A stretch of DNA of 64,000 nt from an uncultured Eubacteriales bacterium (GTDB lineage: Bacteria > Bacillota > Clostridia > Oscillospirales > CAG-272). The notes under the pieces were generated by a model that did not search any database, had not been told where the DNA came from, and worked only from the letters and a program-made list of their open reading frames with translations. Positions 19,221-28,142 of the stretch are shown here, piece by piece. Location of the stretch: the NCBI GenBank assembly GCA_934432675.1, contig CAKRYT010000002.1:162420-226419 (forward strand), given 5' to 3'. The translations under genes were made by a program, and so were the position numbers. Position 1 is the stretch's first letter. Each line of letters opens with the position of its first letter.

Positions 19221-21596
19221 ATGCCAAACGCAAAGAAGATCACAGTACCGAAAGACAGAATCCTGATCGCGGATGACTCGGAGTTGAACCGTGAAATGCT
19301 TGTCGAGATCCTCGGTGAGGAGTACGAATATGTATTCGCCGGGGACGGCGTTGAGGCGATTGAACTGCTCGGCAGCGGGGCACAGGTAGACATCATCTTC
19401 CTCGACGTACATATGCCGAGGATGGACGGGTTCGACGTCCTGAACGTCATGAATGAGCGGCATTGGATCGAGGAGATCCCCGTCGTTATCGTCTCCTCGG
19501 AGGATGACGCCATGTTGATCCAGCGGGCCTACGAACTCGGTGTGACAGATTATATAACGCGCCCCTTCAATGCGATGATCGTACGGCGCCGCCTGGAAAA
19601 CACACTGGCACTGTATTCCAAACAGAAGCGGCTGATCCGGCTCGTGGAAGACCAGGTGTACGAGCGCGAAAAGATCAACAACACGATGATAAATATTTTC
19701 AGCCACGTTATTGAATCGCGCAACAAGGAGTCCGGCAGTCACACGCTCCATGTGCAGTCGATTACGAGCCTTCTTTTGCACCGGCTCGTCAGGCAGACAG
19801 ACCGGTATAAACTCTCCGAGTCGGATATTTCGCTGATTTCGGGTCTTTCGGCACTCCATGATATCGGAAAGTTGAAGGTGCCCGTGGCGATCCTCAACAA
19901 GCCGGGCAAACTCACCCCGGAGGAGTGGGAGATCATGAAAACCCACACGACCGAGGGTGACCGGTTTTTGCAGGACCTCCCGATTCCGAAGACGGATAGG
20001 ATCATGGTCGTCGCGCATGAGATCTGTCGCTGGCATCATGAGCGTTGGGACGGGCGCGGATACCCGGACGGTCTTTGCGGCGACGAGATTCCGATCTCGG
20101 CGCAGGTCGTGTCCCTTGCGGACGTGTATGACGCCCTGACGAGTGACCGCTGCTACAAAAAAGCCTTCCCGCACGAGAAGGCAATCGAGATGATCGTGAA
20201 CGGAGAGTGCGGGGCGTTTAATCCCGAACTCATTAAATGTCTCCGCGCCGTGGAGGGAGAGTTGCGCGACAACGCGGGCGGGCAGATGAACGATGAGGAC
20301 TACCGCGACGAGGTCGTTCACATGACGGGCGAGATTCTCTCCGGCAGTTCGCTCCCGCTCGATGACCGCTCCCGCCGCATGGTGGAAAACGAGCGCGTCA
20401 AAAAAGAGTTCTTCGCGATGGAATGCGGCGGGATTCAGTTCGAGTACGATTGCACGCTCGACAAGGTTGTTTTTGTCAACTGGTACGAGGAGGAGGGCAG
20501 AAAACGGAAACATCTGTATGTCACGCGCTGGGACGATATCCAGCTTCTGAGCCGTGAAGACTGGCGGAAATTGGTGAAGAACATCCGGAGGACAACGCGG
20601 GAGAATCCGGTTGTGGAGATGAAGGTGCTGATCCCGGTCGGTACCGGCTATCGTTGGAACCTTTTAACGGCCATGTCGGTCTGGCCGGTACGGGGTGGCA
20701 AATACATTTCCGTCGTCGGGCAGTTTAAGGATATCCACGACGAGGTGCTCTCCGCGGGGATGGGCGTCACCGAGGTGGCAGGGCTCTCTTACGAGACCTA
20801 CCGCGCCATGCAGAGGATATTCGGCACCGTACGCATTGTGGATCCCATGAGCACCGAGGTGCTTGAGGTGGGTGAGGACGGCACGTTCGTCGGGACGGGC
20901 GCGCGGTGCTATGAGTTGTGGGGCAGGCACGAATGCTGTGATAATTGCAGTTCCCGGAGGGCACTGCAATCGAAGGACTGGACAAGCAAGTTCGAGGCCG
21001 GCGACGACGGTGTGTATGCCGTATTGTCGCGGTACATGAAGCTGAACGGACGCGACTGCGTGATGGAGATCGCCTTCCCGATGGGGGACACAGCCGGCAC
21101 TCTGCACGGCGACGGGAATGACAGAGCCAACATGATGCTCTTTAATTTCTACCGCGACTCGCTGACAAAAGCGTACTCCCGCGGGTATCTCGACGATTTC
21201 ATGGCAAATTTGCAGGGCGCGGACGGAGTGGCAATCGCCGACATCGACCGCTTCAAGAGCATCAATGACCGGTACGGGCACCTGGTCGGCGACATGGCAC
21301 TCCGCGAGGTATCTGCCGCCATCAACAGCTGCCTCGGAAAAAACGATGTGCTGATCCGCTACGGCGGCGACGAATTTCTGATTCTGTTTAAGGAAATCGC
21401 GGAAGATGAATTTTTTGCAAAACTCGAGCAGATAGAGGAGAGCGTGCAGAGGATTGTCTTCGATGAGAAGCCGGAGATCCGGGTAAGCATCAGCATCGGC
21501 GGGGCCTACGGTGTGCACCCGCTCACAAAAGCGATGGCAGCCGCCGACAGTGAGATGTACAAAAATAAGGCAAAGTCCAGAATGGGACTGTCATGA
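19221..21596 (+). CDS. response-regulator receiver / HD-GYP phosphodiesterase / PAS-like + Cys-cluster sensor / GGDEF diguanylate cyclase fusion
   Basis: REC domain (ILIADDSELNREML…FLDVHMPRMDG), HD-GYP domain (ALHDIGK…HHERWDGRGYPDG), Cx8CCx2C cluster (CYELWGRHECCDNC) and GGDEF domain (DIDRFKSINDRYGHLVGD…RYGGDEFLILF). 791 aa. Confidence 0.88.
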   Translation: MPNAKKITVPKDRILIADDSELNREMLVEILGEEYEYVFAGDGVEAIELLGSGAQVDIIFLDVHMPRMDGFDVLNVMNERHWIEEIPVVIVSSEDDAMLIQRAYELGVTDYITRPFNAMIVRRRLENTLALYSKQKRLIRLVEDQVYEREKINNTMINIFSHVIESRNKESGSHTLHVQSITSLLLHRLVRQTDRYKLSESDISLISGLSALHDIGKLKVPVAILNKPGKLTPEEWEIMKTHTTEGDRFLQDLPIPKTDRIMVVAHEICRWHHERWDGRGYPDGLCGDEIPISAQVVSLADVYDALTSDRCYKKAFPHEKAIEMIVNGECGAFNPELIKCLRAVEGELRDNAGGQMNDEDYRDEVVHMTGEILSGSSLPLDDRSRRMVENERVKKEFFAMECGGIQFEYDCTLDKVVFVNWYEEEGRKRKHLYVTRWDDIQLLSREDWRKLVKNIRRTTRENPVVEMKVLIPVGTGYRWNLLTAMSVWPVRGGKYISVVGQFKDIHDEVLSAGMGVTEVAGLSYETYRAMQRIFGTVRIVDPMSTEVLEVGEDGTFVGTGARCYELWGRHECCDNCSSRRALQSKDWTSKFEAGDDGVYAVLSRYMKLNGRDCVMEIAFPMGDTAGTLHGDGNDRANMMLFNFYRDSLTKAYSRGYLDDFMANLQGADGVAIADIDRFKSINDRYGHLVGDMALREVSAAINSCLGKNDVLIRYGGDEFLILFKEIAEDEFFAKLEQIEESVQRIVFDEKPEIRVSISIGGAYGVHPLTKAMAAADSEMYKNKAKSRMGLS

Positions 21597-21653
21597 ATGA
21601 CGGCAGTGAGACCGAAACGCTTTATCGGTCTTTCGGCGGTGATACCGGTCCGG

Positions 21654-21674
21654 GCAGGGCGCGCCCTGCTTTTA
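21654..21674 (+). terminator. intrinsic terminator after the c-di-GMP gene
   Basis: GCAGGGC-gc-GCCCTGC palindrome followed by TTTTA. Confidence 0.6.
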
Positions 21675-21755
21675 TCAGGTCGTTGTCCGGTTGCTATTAA
21701 GTCCGCTTTATCGGGTAGTTTCCTTGCTATACTGTATGTGTGGGAGGGATGACGG

Positions 21756-22688
21756 ATGCAATCGGTCAACGGGAGTTTTGACATAACGCCGGAGGGGTAC
21801 CTCACGGCATATCGCGGATATGAAAGCACGGTTAAGGTGCCGGATGGCGTAACGAAAATCGGGGAGCGGGCGTTCTGGGGGGCACGGCTGATGACGCGGC
21901 TCGTCCTGCCTGCCTCGCTCCGCACGGTCGGTGCGTGGGCCTTCGCCGGGTGCACCGCACTCCGCGAGGCGGATCTCGGCGGGGCGGAGGAAATCGGCGC
22001 GCACGCCTTCTTTTCCTGTACCTCACTCTCGGAGGCGCGTCTGCCTGCGTCGCTTTTGCGGCTCGGCGGTGCGGCGTTCGACGGTTGTGTATCGCTGGTG
22101 CTGGTGACGTTGCCTGCGGGCCTCGCGGAAACGGGGGCGGGGACATTCCGCGGATGCCGCGCGCTCCGCGCGGTGCGTGTCTCACCGAAAAACAGAGTCT
22201 TCTGTGAGGAGGACGGGGTGCTGTATCGGGGCAGCGATCTGCTCCTGCGCTACCCGCCCGGGCGGGACGCTTTTGCTTATACCGTCCCCGCAGGGGTCAG
22301 GTGCCTCGCACCCGGTGCTTTTTCCGATGCTACGATGCTCCGCGAGGTCGGGCTGCCCGGGAGCCTGACGGAGATCGGGCAGGGGGCTTTCTATCGGGCA
22401 AAGCACCTGCGCGGGGTCACGATTCCCCCGGGGGTCACCGCCATCGGGGCAGAGGCATTCGGTCTCTGCGGGGCACTGACCCGCGTGATGTTGCCGTCGG
22501 GGCTTTCCGAGGTGCCGCCGCTCGCTTTTTTCGGGTGCGGGTCACTCACCGAGGTCGTCTTGCCCCCGTCGGTGACGCGTATCGGTGAGGGGGCATTCCA
22601 CGGGTGCCGCTCGCTCTCCCGCCTCGCGGCACCGGGGGTGACCGCCGTCGGGGAAAACGCTTTTGCGGAGTGCGTGGCACTGCGATGA
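21756..22688 (+). CDS. BspA-type leucine-rich repeat (LRR_5) protein, no signal peptide
   Basis: Reiterated ~23-aa units (…IGxxAFxGCxxLxxVxLPxxL…) run through the 310 aa. The N-terminus MQSVNGSFDITPEG lacks a hydrophobic leader. Confidence 0.8.
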   Translation: MQSVNGSFDITPEGYLTAYRGYESTVKVPDGVTKIGERAFWGARLMTRLVLPASLRTVGAWAFAGCTALREADLGGAEEIGAHAFFSCTSLSEARLPASLLRLGGAAFDGCVSLVLVTLPAGLAETGAGTFRGCRALRAVRVSPKNRVFCEEDGVLYRGSDLLLRYPPGRDAFAYTVPAGVRCLAPGAFSDATMLREVGLPGSLTEIGQGAFYRAKHLRGVTIPPGVTAIGAEAFGLCGALTRVMLPSGLSEVPPLAFFGCGSLTEVVLPPSVTRIGEGAFHGCRSLSRLAAPGVTAVGENAFAECVALR

Positions 22689-22746
22689 CGTGCCGGAATC
22701 GGGTCCCCCTGCCGAGGGGCCCTGCGGAAAATTTCCGCCCGGGGGG

Positions 22747-22775
22747 TTGACAAACCCGGCACGGATGCATATAAT
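22747..22775 (+). promoter_or_regulatory. consensus sigma-A promoter of the T-box/trpB2 unit
   Basis: TTGACA (22747-22752), a 17-nt spacer, then TATAAT (22770-22775). Confidence 0.75.
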
Positions 22776-22789
22776 AAGCACAATTACAA

Positions 22790-23049
22790 ACCGATGAGAA
22801 AGAGGAGTAGCGATACATCCCTCTTGCCAAGAGAGCCGCAGGCGGTGGGATTGCGGTCGAGAGCGTGTCGTGAATGGACTTTTGAGGGCGATGCCGAGCG
22901 TATCCGCGGGTAGGCATCGACGGGGTTGCTCCCGTTACAGGGCAGGCATATGTCCGTATGCCGTGAGTGGCCGCACAGGGCGGCAAGTTGGGTGGCACCG
23001 CAGAGTTTTTTCTGCCCCGACAGCAATACACGCTGTCGGGGCTTTTTAT
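22790..23049 (+). promoter_or_regulatory. T-box riboswitch leader, Trp (UGG) specifier
   Basis: Stem I base is GAUGAGAAAGAGGAGUAG, with an AGAGAG bulge. The specifier loop is GAA-UGG-A (UGG at 22875-22877). The T-box core is AAGUUGGGUGGCACCGCAGAG (22985-23005). The terminator is CCCCGACAGC…GCTGTCGGGG plus CTTTTTAT (23015-23049). Confidence 0.85.
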
Positions 23050-23087
23050 CATTTCGTGCAGGTCACGGGAAAGGAAGGCAGTGAACC

Positions 23088-24458
23088 ATGAGCAGGATCC
23101 CCTACAAAATCTACCTTGAAGAAGCGGAGATGCCGCGCGCGTGGTACAATCTGCGCGCCGATATGCAGAACAAACCGGCACCGCTCCTTCATCCGAAGAC
23201 GCACCGCCATATGACGGCGGCGGATTTGCGCCCGGTGTTCTGTGACGAACTCATCCGGCAGGAACTCGACGATACGACACCGTATTTTCCGATTCCACGT
23301 GAGATTCTTGACTTTTACAGGATGTATCGCCCGTCGCCGCTCGTGCGGGCGTACTGTCTCGAAAAGGAACTCGGCACGCCGGCGAAAATCTATTATAAGT
23401 TTGAGGGCAACAACACCTCCGGCAGTCACAAACTGAATTCCGCCGTGGCGCAGGCGTACTACGCAAAGATGCAGGGGCTGCGCGGCGTTACCACCGAGAC
23501 AGGGGCGGGGCAGTGGGGGACGGCACTCTCCATGGCATGCGCCTATCTCGGGCTGGACTGCAAAGTTTTTATGGTCAGGACGAGTTACGAACAAAAACCG
23601 CATCGCCGCGAGGTGATGCGTACTTACGGTGCCGAGGTGACGCCGTCGCCGTCTGTGACGACTTCGGTCGGCAGAAAAATCCGTGAGGAATATCCAGGCA
23701 CGGGCGGATCGCTCGGCTGTGCCATATCGGAGGCGGTGGAGGCGGCGGGTGACCTCGACGGCTATCGCTACGTTCTCGGGAGCGTGTTGAACCAGGTACT
23801 GCTCCATCAGAGCGTCATCGGACTGGAATGTAAGGCGGCGATGGACATGTACGGTATCCGTCCCGATATCATCATCGGCTGTGCCGGCGGCGGCTCCAAT
23901 CTCGGGGGGCTTATCGCACCGTTCATGGGAGAACGACTGCGCGGTGAGGCGCAGTACCGTTTTATTGCCGTGGAGCCTGCTTCCTGTCCCACCCTGACGC
24001 GCGGGAAATTCGTCTACGACTACTGCGACACGGGCATGGTCTGCCCGCTCGCCGAAATGTACACTCTCGGCAACGGTTTCATGCCCGCCGCCACACATGC
24101 CGGAGGGCTCCGCTATCACGGCATGAACAGTGTGCTCTCCCGACTGTACGCCGACGGGCTCATAGAGGCGCGTTCCGTGCGGCAGACGGAGGTGTTCGCG
24201 GCGGCGGAGCGTTTCGCGCGCTGTGAGGGGATTCTGCCCGCGCCCGAGAGCGGGCACGCCGTTTGTGCCGCGATGGATGAGGCACTCGCCTGCCGGGATC
24301 GCGGGGAGGAAAAGACCATCCTTTTCGGGCTGACCGGGACGGGGTACTTCGATATGACCGCTTACGGGCAGTATAACGACGGGAGAATGACGGACAGTAT
24401 CCCGACCGAGGAGGAACTGGCACGCGGGTTTGCCACCATACCGGACGTGAGACCGTAA
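23088..24458 (+). CDS. trpB: TrpB2-type tryptophan synthase beta-like PLP enzyme (stand-alone)
   Basis: 456 aa with the long N-terminal extension typical of TrpB2. Contains the PLP lysine context NNTSGSHKLNSA, a GAGQWG block and ..GCAGGGSN... No trpA or other trp genes are nearby. Confidence 0.85.
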   Translation: MSRIPYKIYLEEAEMPRAWYNLRADMQNKPAPLLHPKTHRHMTAADLRPVFCDELIRQELDDTTPYFPIPREILDFYRMYRPSPLVRAYCLEKELGTPAKIYYKFEGNNTSGSHKLNSAVAQAYYAKMQGLRGVTTETGAGQWGTALSMACAYLGLDCKVFMVRTSYEQKPHRREVMRTYGAEVTPSPSVTTSVGRKIREEYPGTGGSLGCAISEAVEAAGDLDGYRYVLGSVLNQVLLHQSVIGLECKAAMDMYGIRPDIIIGCAGGGSNLGGLIAPFMGERLRGEAQYRFIAVEPASCPTLTRGKFVYDYCDTGMVCPLAEMYTLGNGFMPAATHAGGLRYHGMNSVLSRLYADGLIEARSVRQTEVFAAAERFARCEGILPAPESGHAVCAAMDEALACRDRGEEKTILFGLTGTGYFDMTAYGQYNDGRMTDSIPTEEELARGFATIPDVRP

Positions 24459-24465
24459 AAACAGA

Positions 24466-24491
24466 GAGGAGCCGTAAAAATACGGCTCCTC
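24466..24491. terminator. bidirectional hairpin between convergent trpB2 and the 143-aa gene
   Basis: GAGGAGCCGTA-aaaa-TACGGCTCCTC. Confidence 0.6.
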
Positions 24492-24508
24492 CCCGATATT
24501 TATGCGCG

Positions 24509-24940
24509 TCAGAGATACGGGCGCAGTTCCTTTTCCATCGTGTCTTCCAGTGAGATGAGGCGTCTCGCGACGTTTTTCGCCCCTTCGTCCGCCTCGGAGT
24601 AGCGATTGAGGTAACGGGAGAGGGATTTCACGCCCATGTGACACCCGTCGGTGAGCAGGGAAGCGATGGTCTCGTCCGTGCAGTCAAAACCGAGTTTCAT
24701 GCCCGTCTTGACGTGCGCCATGCCCTTTGCCATCGGGTTGGGCTCCTTACCCTCGTCGTCGTATGTGTCGAGTTGGTCGCGGATCTCCCGTTGCATCTTG
24801 GCGTGCGCGGTCTTCTGGTCCGAGAGGTGGCGGCGAAAATCCTCGTGGGTCACCTTACCGTACACATCCTCAATCGCGGAAATGCCCATTTTGATACCCG
24901 CGTCACACTCGCGCAAAAGCTGAATCGTATCTTCTCTCAT
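24509..24940 (-). CDS. hypothetical four-helix-bundle (ferritin-like, DUF2383/PA2169-like?) protein
   Basis: 143 aa from the ATG at 24940 (GGAGACC RBS). The sequence is helical and charged (MREDTIQLLRECDAGIKMGISAIE…). The family assignment is from memory only. Confidence 0.6.
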   Translation of the reverse strand: MREDTIQLLRECDAGIKMGISAIEDVYGKVTHEDFRRHLSDQKTAHAKMQREIRDQLDTYDDEGKEPNPMAKGMAHVKTGMKLGFDCTDETIASLLTDGCHMGVKSLSRYLNRYSEADEGAKNVARRLISLEDTMEKELRPYL

Positions 24941-25001
24941 GATGGTCTCCTTTTTGAAAACGGTTACGCATCTAGTTTGCCCTCTTCTCCCCGTTTCAAA
25001 C

Positions 25002-25031
25002 AAAGAGGTGCCGCAAATGCGGCACCTCTTT
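25002..25031. terminator. hairpin downstream of trkH
   Basis: AAAGAGGTGCCGC-aaat-GCGGCACCTCTTT. T-rich runs flank it on both strands. Confidence 0.5.
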
Positions 25032-25142
25032 GCGGTTTTTTAGGGGAAAACGGAAATTCGCCCCGCGGATGACCCGAAGGGAAAACGGACCTGCACCGTA
25101 CCGCAGGACACAGAAAAGGAGACGGAATTTTGCCGCGCCGGA

Positions 25143-26588
25143 TCACTTTTTCAGCCAGGTGGTCGGCAGACAGGTGAGCAGGAGCGGATAGATTTCCAGC
25201 CGCCCGAGCAGCATCGCGACCGACAGCACGAATTTTGAAAAACCGGAGTAGGCAGAGAAACTCGTGAGAGTCGGGCTGAAAAACGGACCGATATTGTTAA
25301 AGCAGGAGATGGCGGCACTGAGATTGGTCTCCACGGTGAAGACCGCATTTCGCTCGAAGGAGAGCAGCAACAGGGTGAGCACGGTCAAAAAGGTGCAGAC
25401 GGTGAGATAGGAATGAACGCCCGTGAGAGTATCGTCGTCCAGCCGTTTGCCTTCCATCTTGACCACCGTGACGGTGCGGGGGTGCAGTACGCGACGAAGT
25501 CTGCCGATCATGGACTTGAAGAGGATGACGACGCGCGCGACCTTGAATCCGCCTGCCGTCGACCCCGCGCAACCGCCGATGAGCATCAGCGTGAGCAGAA
25601 TGATTTTGGAGAGGGTCGGCCACTCGCTGATATTCATCGTCACGTACCCCGTCGTCGTCATGATCGAGGAGACCTGGAAGAAGGAGGCGCGGACCGCCTC
25701 GGCAAAGCCGGAGCAGAGGGAGAAGATGTTATAGCAGACGAGCGCGGTCGCACCCGCGATAATGCCGGTATATACCCAAAACTCGGTACTGCGGAAGGCA
25801 GACGAGAATTTACGCAGGAGCAGAAGATAATACAGGTTGAAGTTGACACCGAAGAGAAGCATGAATACCGCGATCACCCATTGGAGATACGGCGAATAGG
25901 AGGCGATACTGTCGTTTTTCACTCCGAAGCCGCCGGTGCCCGCGGTGCCGAAGGCGTGCAGAAGGCTCTCAAAGAAGGACATCCCGCCCGCGAGCAGGAG
26001 GATGACCTCCAAGGCGGTCATGGCAATGTAGATGACGTAGAGGATTTTCGCGGTCGTGCGGGTGCGGGGGACGAGTTTATCGACGATGGGACCGGGCATT
26101 TCGGCACGGAGGATGTGGATGGAGCGTTCCGGCACGCGGACGGTGACCGCCATGACGAATACGAGCACCCCCATGCCGCCGATCCAGTGCGTGAAACTGC
26201 GCCAGAAAAGCAGACCGTGGCTCATGGATTCCACGTCGTCGAGGATGGTGGCACCCGTGGTGGTAAAGCCGCTGACCGTCTCAAAAAAGGCGTCGATGAA
26301 GACGGGGATCTCCCGGCTGATGACGAACGGGAGCGCACCGAAGAAGGAGACGGCAATCCATGCGAGCGCGACGATCACGAGCCCCTCTTTGGAAAAGAGC
26401 GTGCGGTCCTTCGGGCGCAGGGTGAGGCAGATGAGCCCGCTGACGGCGAGCGTGATACCGATGGTGATGAGGAACGCCCAGGCACAACTCTCACGGTAGA
26501 TGACAGAGACGAGGAGCGGCAGGAGCATGAGTGCCGCCTCGGTGAGGAGCACCGACCCCGTCGTGAAGTATATCATGCGATGGTTCAC
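25143..26588 (-). CDS. trkH: potassium uptake protein TrkH
   Basis: 481-aa polytopic protein with the TrkH/KtrB signature (…SGFTTTGATIL…, …TAGTGGFG…, …TTTGY…, …GCAGSTAGGFK…). It has a GTG start 7 nt after the trkA stop. Confidence 0.9.
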   Translation of the reverse strand: MNHRMIYFTTGSVLLTEAALMLLPLLVSVIYRESCAWAFLITIGITLAVSGLICLTLRPKDRTLFSKEGLVIVALAWIAVSFFGALPFVISREIPVFIDAFFETVSGFTTTGATILDDVESMSHGLLFWRSFTHWIGGMGVLVFVMAVTVRVPERSIHILRAEMPGPIVDKLVPRTRTTAKILYVIYIAMTALEVILLLAGGMSFFESLLHAFGTAGTGGFGVKNDSIASYSPYLQWVIAVFMLLFGVNFNLYYLLLLRKFSSAFRSTEFWVYTGIIAGATALVCYNIFSLCSGFAEAVRASFFQVSSIMTTTGYVTMNISEWPTLSKIILLTLMLIGGCAGSTAGGFKVARVVILFKSMIGRLRRVLHPRTVTVVKMEGKRLDDDTLTGVHSYLTVCTFLTVLTLLLLSFERNAVFTVETNLSAAISCFNNIGPFFSPTLTSFSAYSGFSKFVLSVAMLLGRLEIYPLLLTCLPTTWLKK

Positions 26589-26597
26589 GACGACCCC

Positions 26598-27962
26598 TCA
26601 CTTCCTGCGGAAGATGTCTTCCAGGTCATAGACGGGGACTCCTGCCGCGACGACGACCACGCGGTCACCGGGGCGGATGACGTCATCGCCGCCGGGTATG
26701 ATGGAGGCGGAGCCGCGCGTGATGCCCGCGAGCAGGGTGCCGCCCACCAGCGTGAGGTCACGGAGCGGCGTATCCGCAAACGGGAAGTCGGGGAGGACGT
26801 TGAATTCCAGTGCCTCGGCGGTACCGTTCATGAGGCTGTACAGCGTTTCCACTTTGCTCCCCTCGGAGTTTTCAAGTGCACGCGCATACCGCGCGAGGAC
26901 GTCGGAAATGATCATTTTCGGGGACAGGATGCTGTCGAGCCCCAGTTTTTCGGACAGTGCCCACAGTTCGTCCCGATTGACCTTGGAGACCACCTTGCCG
27001 ACCCCCTGTGACATGGCGTAGAAGGAGATGAGGATGTTCTCCTCGTCGCGGCCGGTGAGGGCGACGACGGCATCCATCTTATCGAGCCCCTCCTCCGCGA
27101 GCAGGTCCTGGTGCATACAGTCGCCCCGGATCACGGTCGCCCCGGAGAGTTGTTCGCAAACCTCCTCGCACCGCTCGGGGTTTTTCTCGATGATCTTGAC
27201 CGAGTTTCCCGCGCCGAGGAGCAGTTTCGCGAGGTAGTAGGAGGTCGTGCTCGCGCCGAGGATCAGGACGTCACGTACCTGCTTTTTTACAAGGCCGAGC
27301 ATTTTGAGGATACGGTGCGTATCCGTGGCGGCGGAGATGAGGGCAATATGGTCGCCGCTGTAAAGGACCGAGTTACCGGAGGGGATATGTACCTCGTCTC
27401 CGTGACGGATGATCGTCACGAGATATTTCCCGGGATATTTTTTCCGGATGCCGGACAGTGTCATGCCGTCGAGGGGGGAGCCCTGCTTGATGACGACCTC
27501 CACCATCTCCTGCCGGCGGTCGGAGAAAGCATCGACCTTGGCAACGGACGGCAGTTTCAGGATATTGAAGATGGTTTCGGCCATCATGAGTTCCGGGTTG
27601 ACGGACATGGACAGTTCGAGCTGCTCCATCATGTAATGGAAGCTATCGTTGTTGTACTCCGAATTGCGGACGCGGGCAACCGTATGTTTCGCGCCGATCT
27701 TGCGCGCGACGAAACAACTGAGCATATTGAACTCATCCGAGCCGGTGACGGCAATGAACAGGTCACACCCGGCGACCCCCGCCTCCGTAAGGCTGTCGTA
27801 GGAGGTTGCGTTTCCGCAGAAACCGATGACGTCATACCGCTCCGTGATGTCTTTGAGAACGGCGGGATCGTTGTCGATCACGATGACGTCATGTTCTTCC
27901 TTCGCCATGCGGGCTGTCAGGGTCGAGCCGATCTTACCGCACCCCACAATGATGACTTTCAT
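26598..27962 (-). CDS. trkA: potassium uptake protein TrkA (tandem RCK domains)
   Basis: Two Rossmann repeats (MKVIIVGCGKIGSTL… and VLILGASTTSYYLAKLL…). I chose the ATG at 27962 (GGAGAAAAC RBS) rather than the track start at 28010. Confidence 0.9.
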   Translation of the reverse strand: MKVIIVGCGKIGSTLTARMAKEEHDVIVIDNDPAVLKDITERYDVIGFCGNATSYDSLTEAGVAGCDLFIAVTGSDEFNMLSCFVARKIGAKHTVARVRNSEYNNDSFHYMMEQLELSMSVNPELMMAETIFNILKLPSVAKVDAFSDRRQEMVEVVIKQGSPLDGMTLSGIRKKYPGKYLVTIIRHGDEVHIPSGNSVLYSGDHIALISAATDTHRILKMLGLVKKQVRDVLILGASTTSYYLAKLLLGAGNSVKIIEKNPERCEEVCEQLSGATVIRGDCMHQDLLAEEGLDKMDAVVALTGRDEENILISFYAMSQGVGKVVSKVNRDELWALSEKLGLDSILSPKMIISDVLARYARALENSEGSKVETLYSLMNGTAEALEFNVLPDFPFADTPLRDLTLVGGTLLAGITRGSASIIPGGDDVIRPGDRVVVVAAGVPVYDLEDIFRRK

Positions 27963-28080
27963 GTTTTCTCCTTTTCGGTCGCGGTTTACCCGCCGTGCGG
28001 TACGCAACACAGAATACTATACCACATTTCATGCGTGACCGCAAGCAAAAAAGCGAGGTTCGGCAAAACGGAGGCCCCCC

Positions 28081-28109
28081 TTGACAAGGCGCGCCCGCGC
28101 GGGTACAAT
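28081..28109 (+). promoter_or_regulatory. sigma-A-type promoter of cysK
   Basis: TTGACA (28081-28086), a 17-nt spacer, then TACAAT (28104-28109). The ATG is 34 nt downstream. Confidence 0.65.
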
Positions 28110-28142
28110 AAACTATCATAGAAACAAGGAGAAGGATTCGTT

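Noticed and set aside
18966-20513. 515-aa minus-strand ORF
   Set aside because: It is antisense to the REC/HD-GYP region of the c-di-GMP protein and runs into the AT-rich promoter region.
25413-27011. 532-aa plus-strand ORF
   Set aside because: It is antisense to trkH and trkA, whose signatures are clear. The translation is a D/E/R/G-rich low-complexity sequence.
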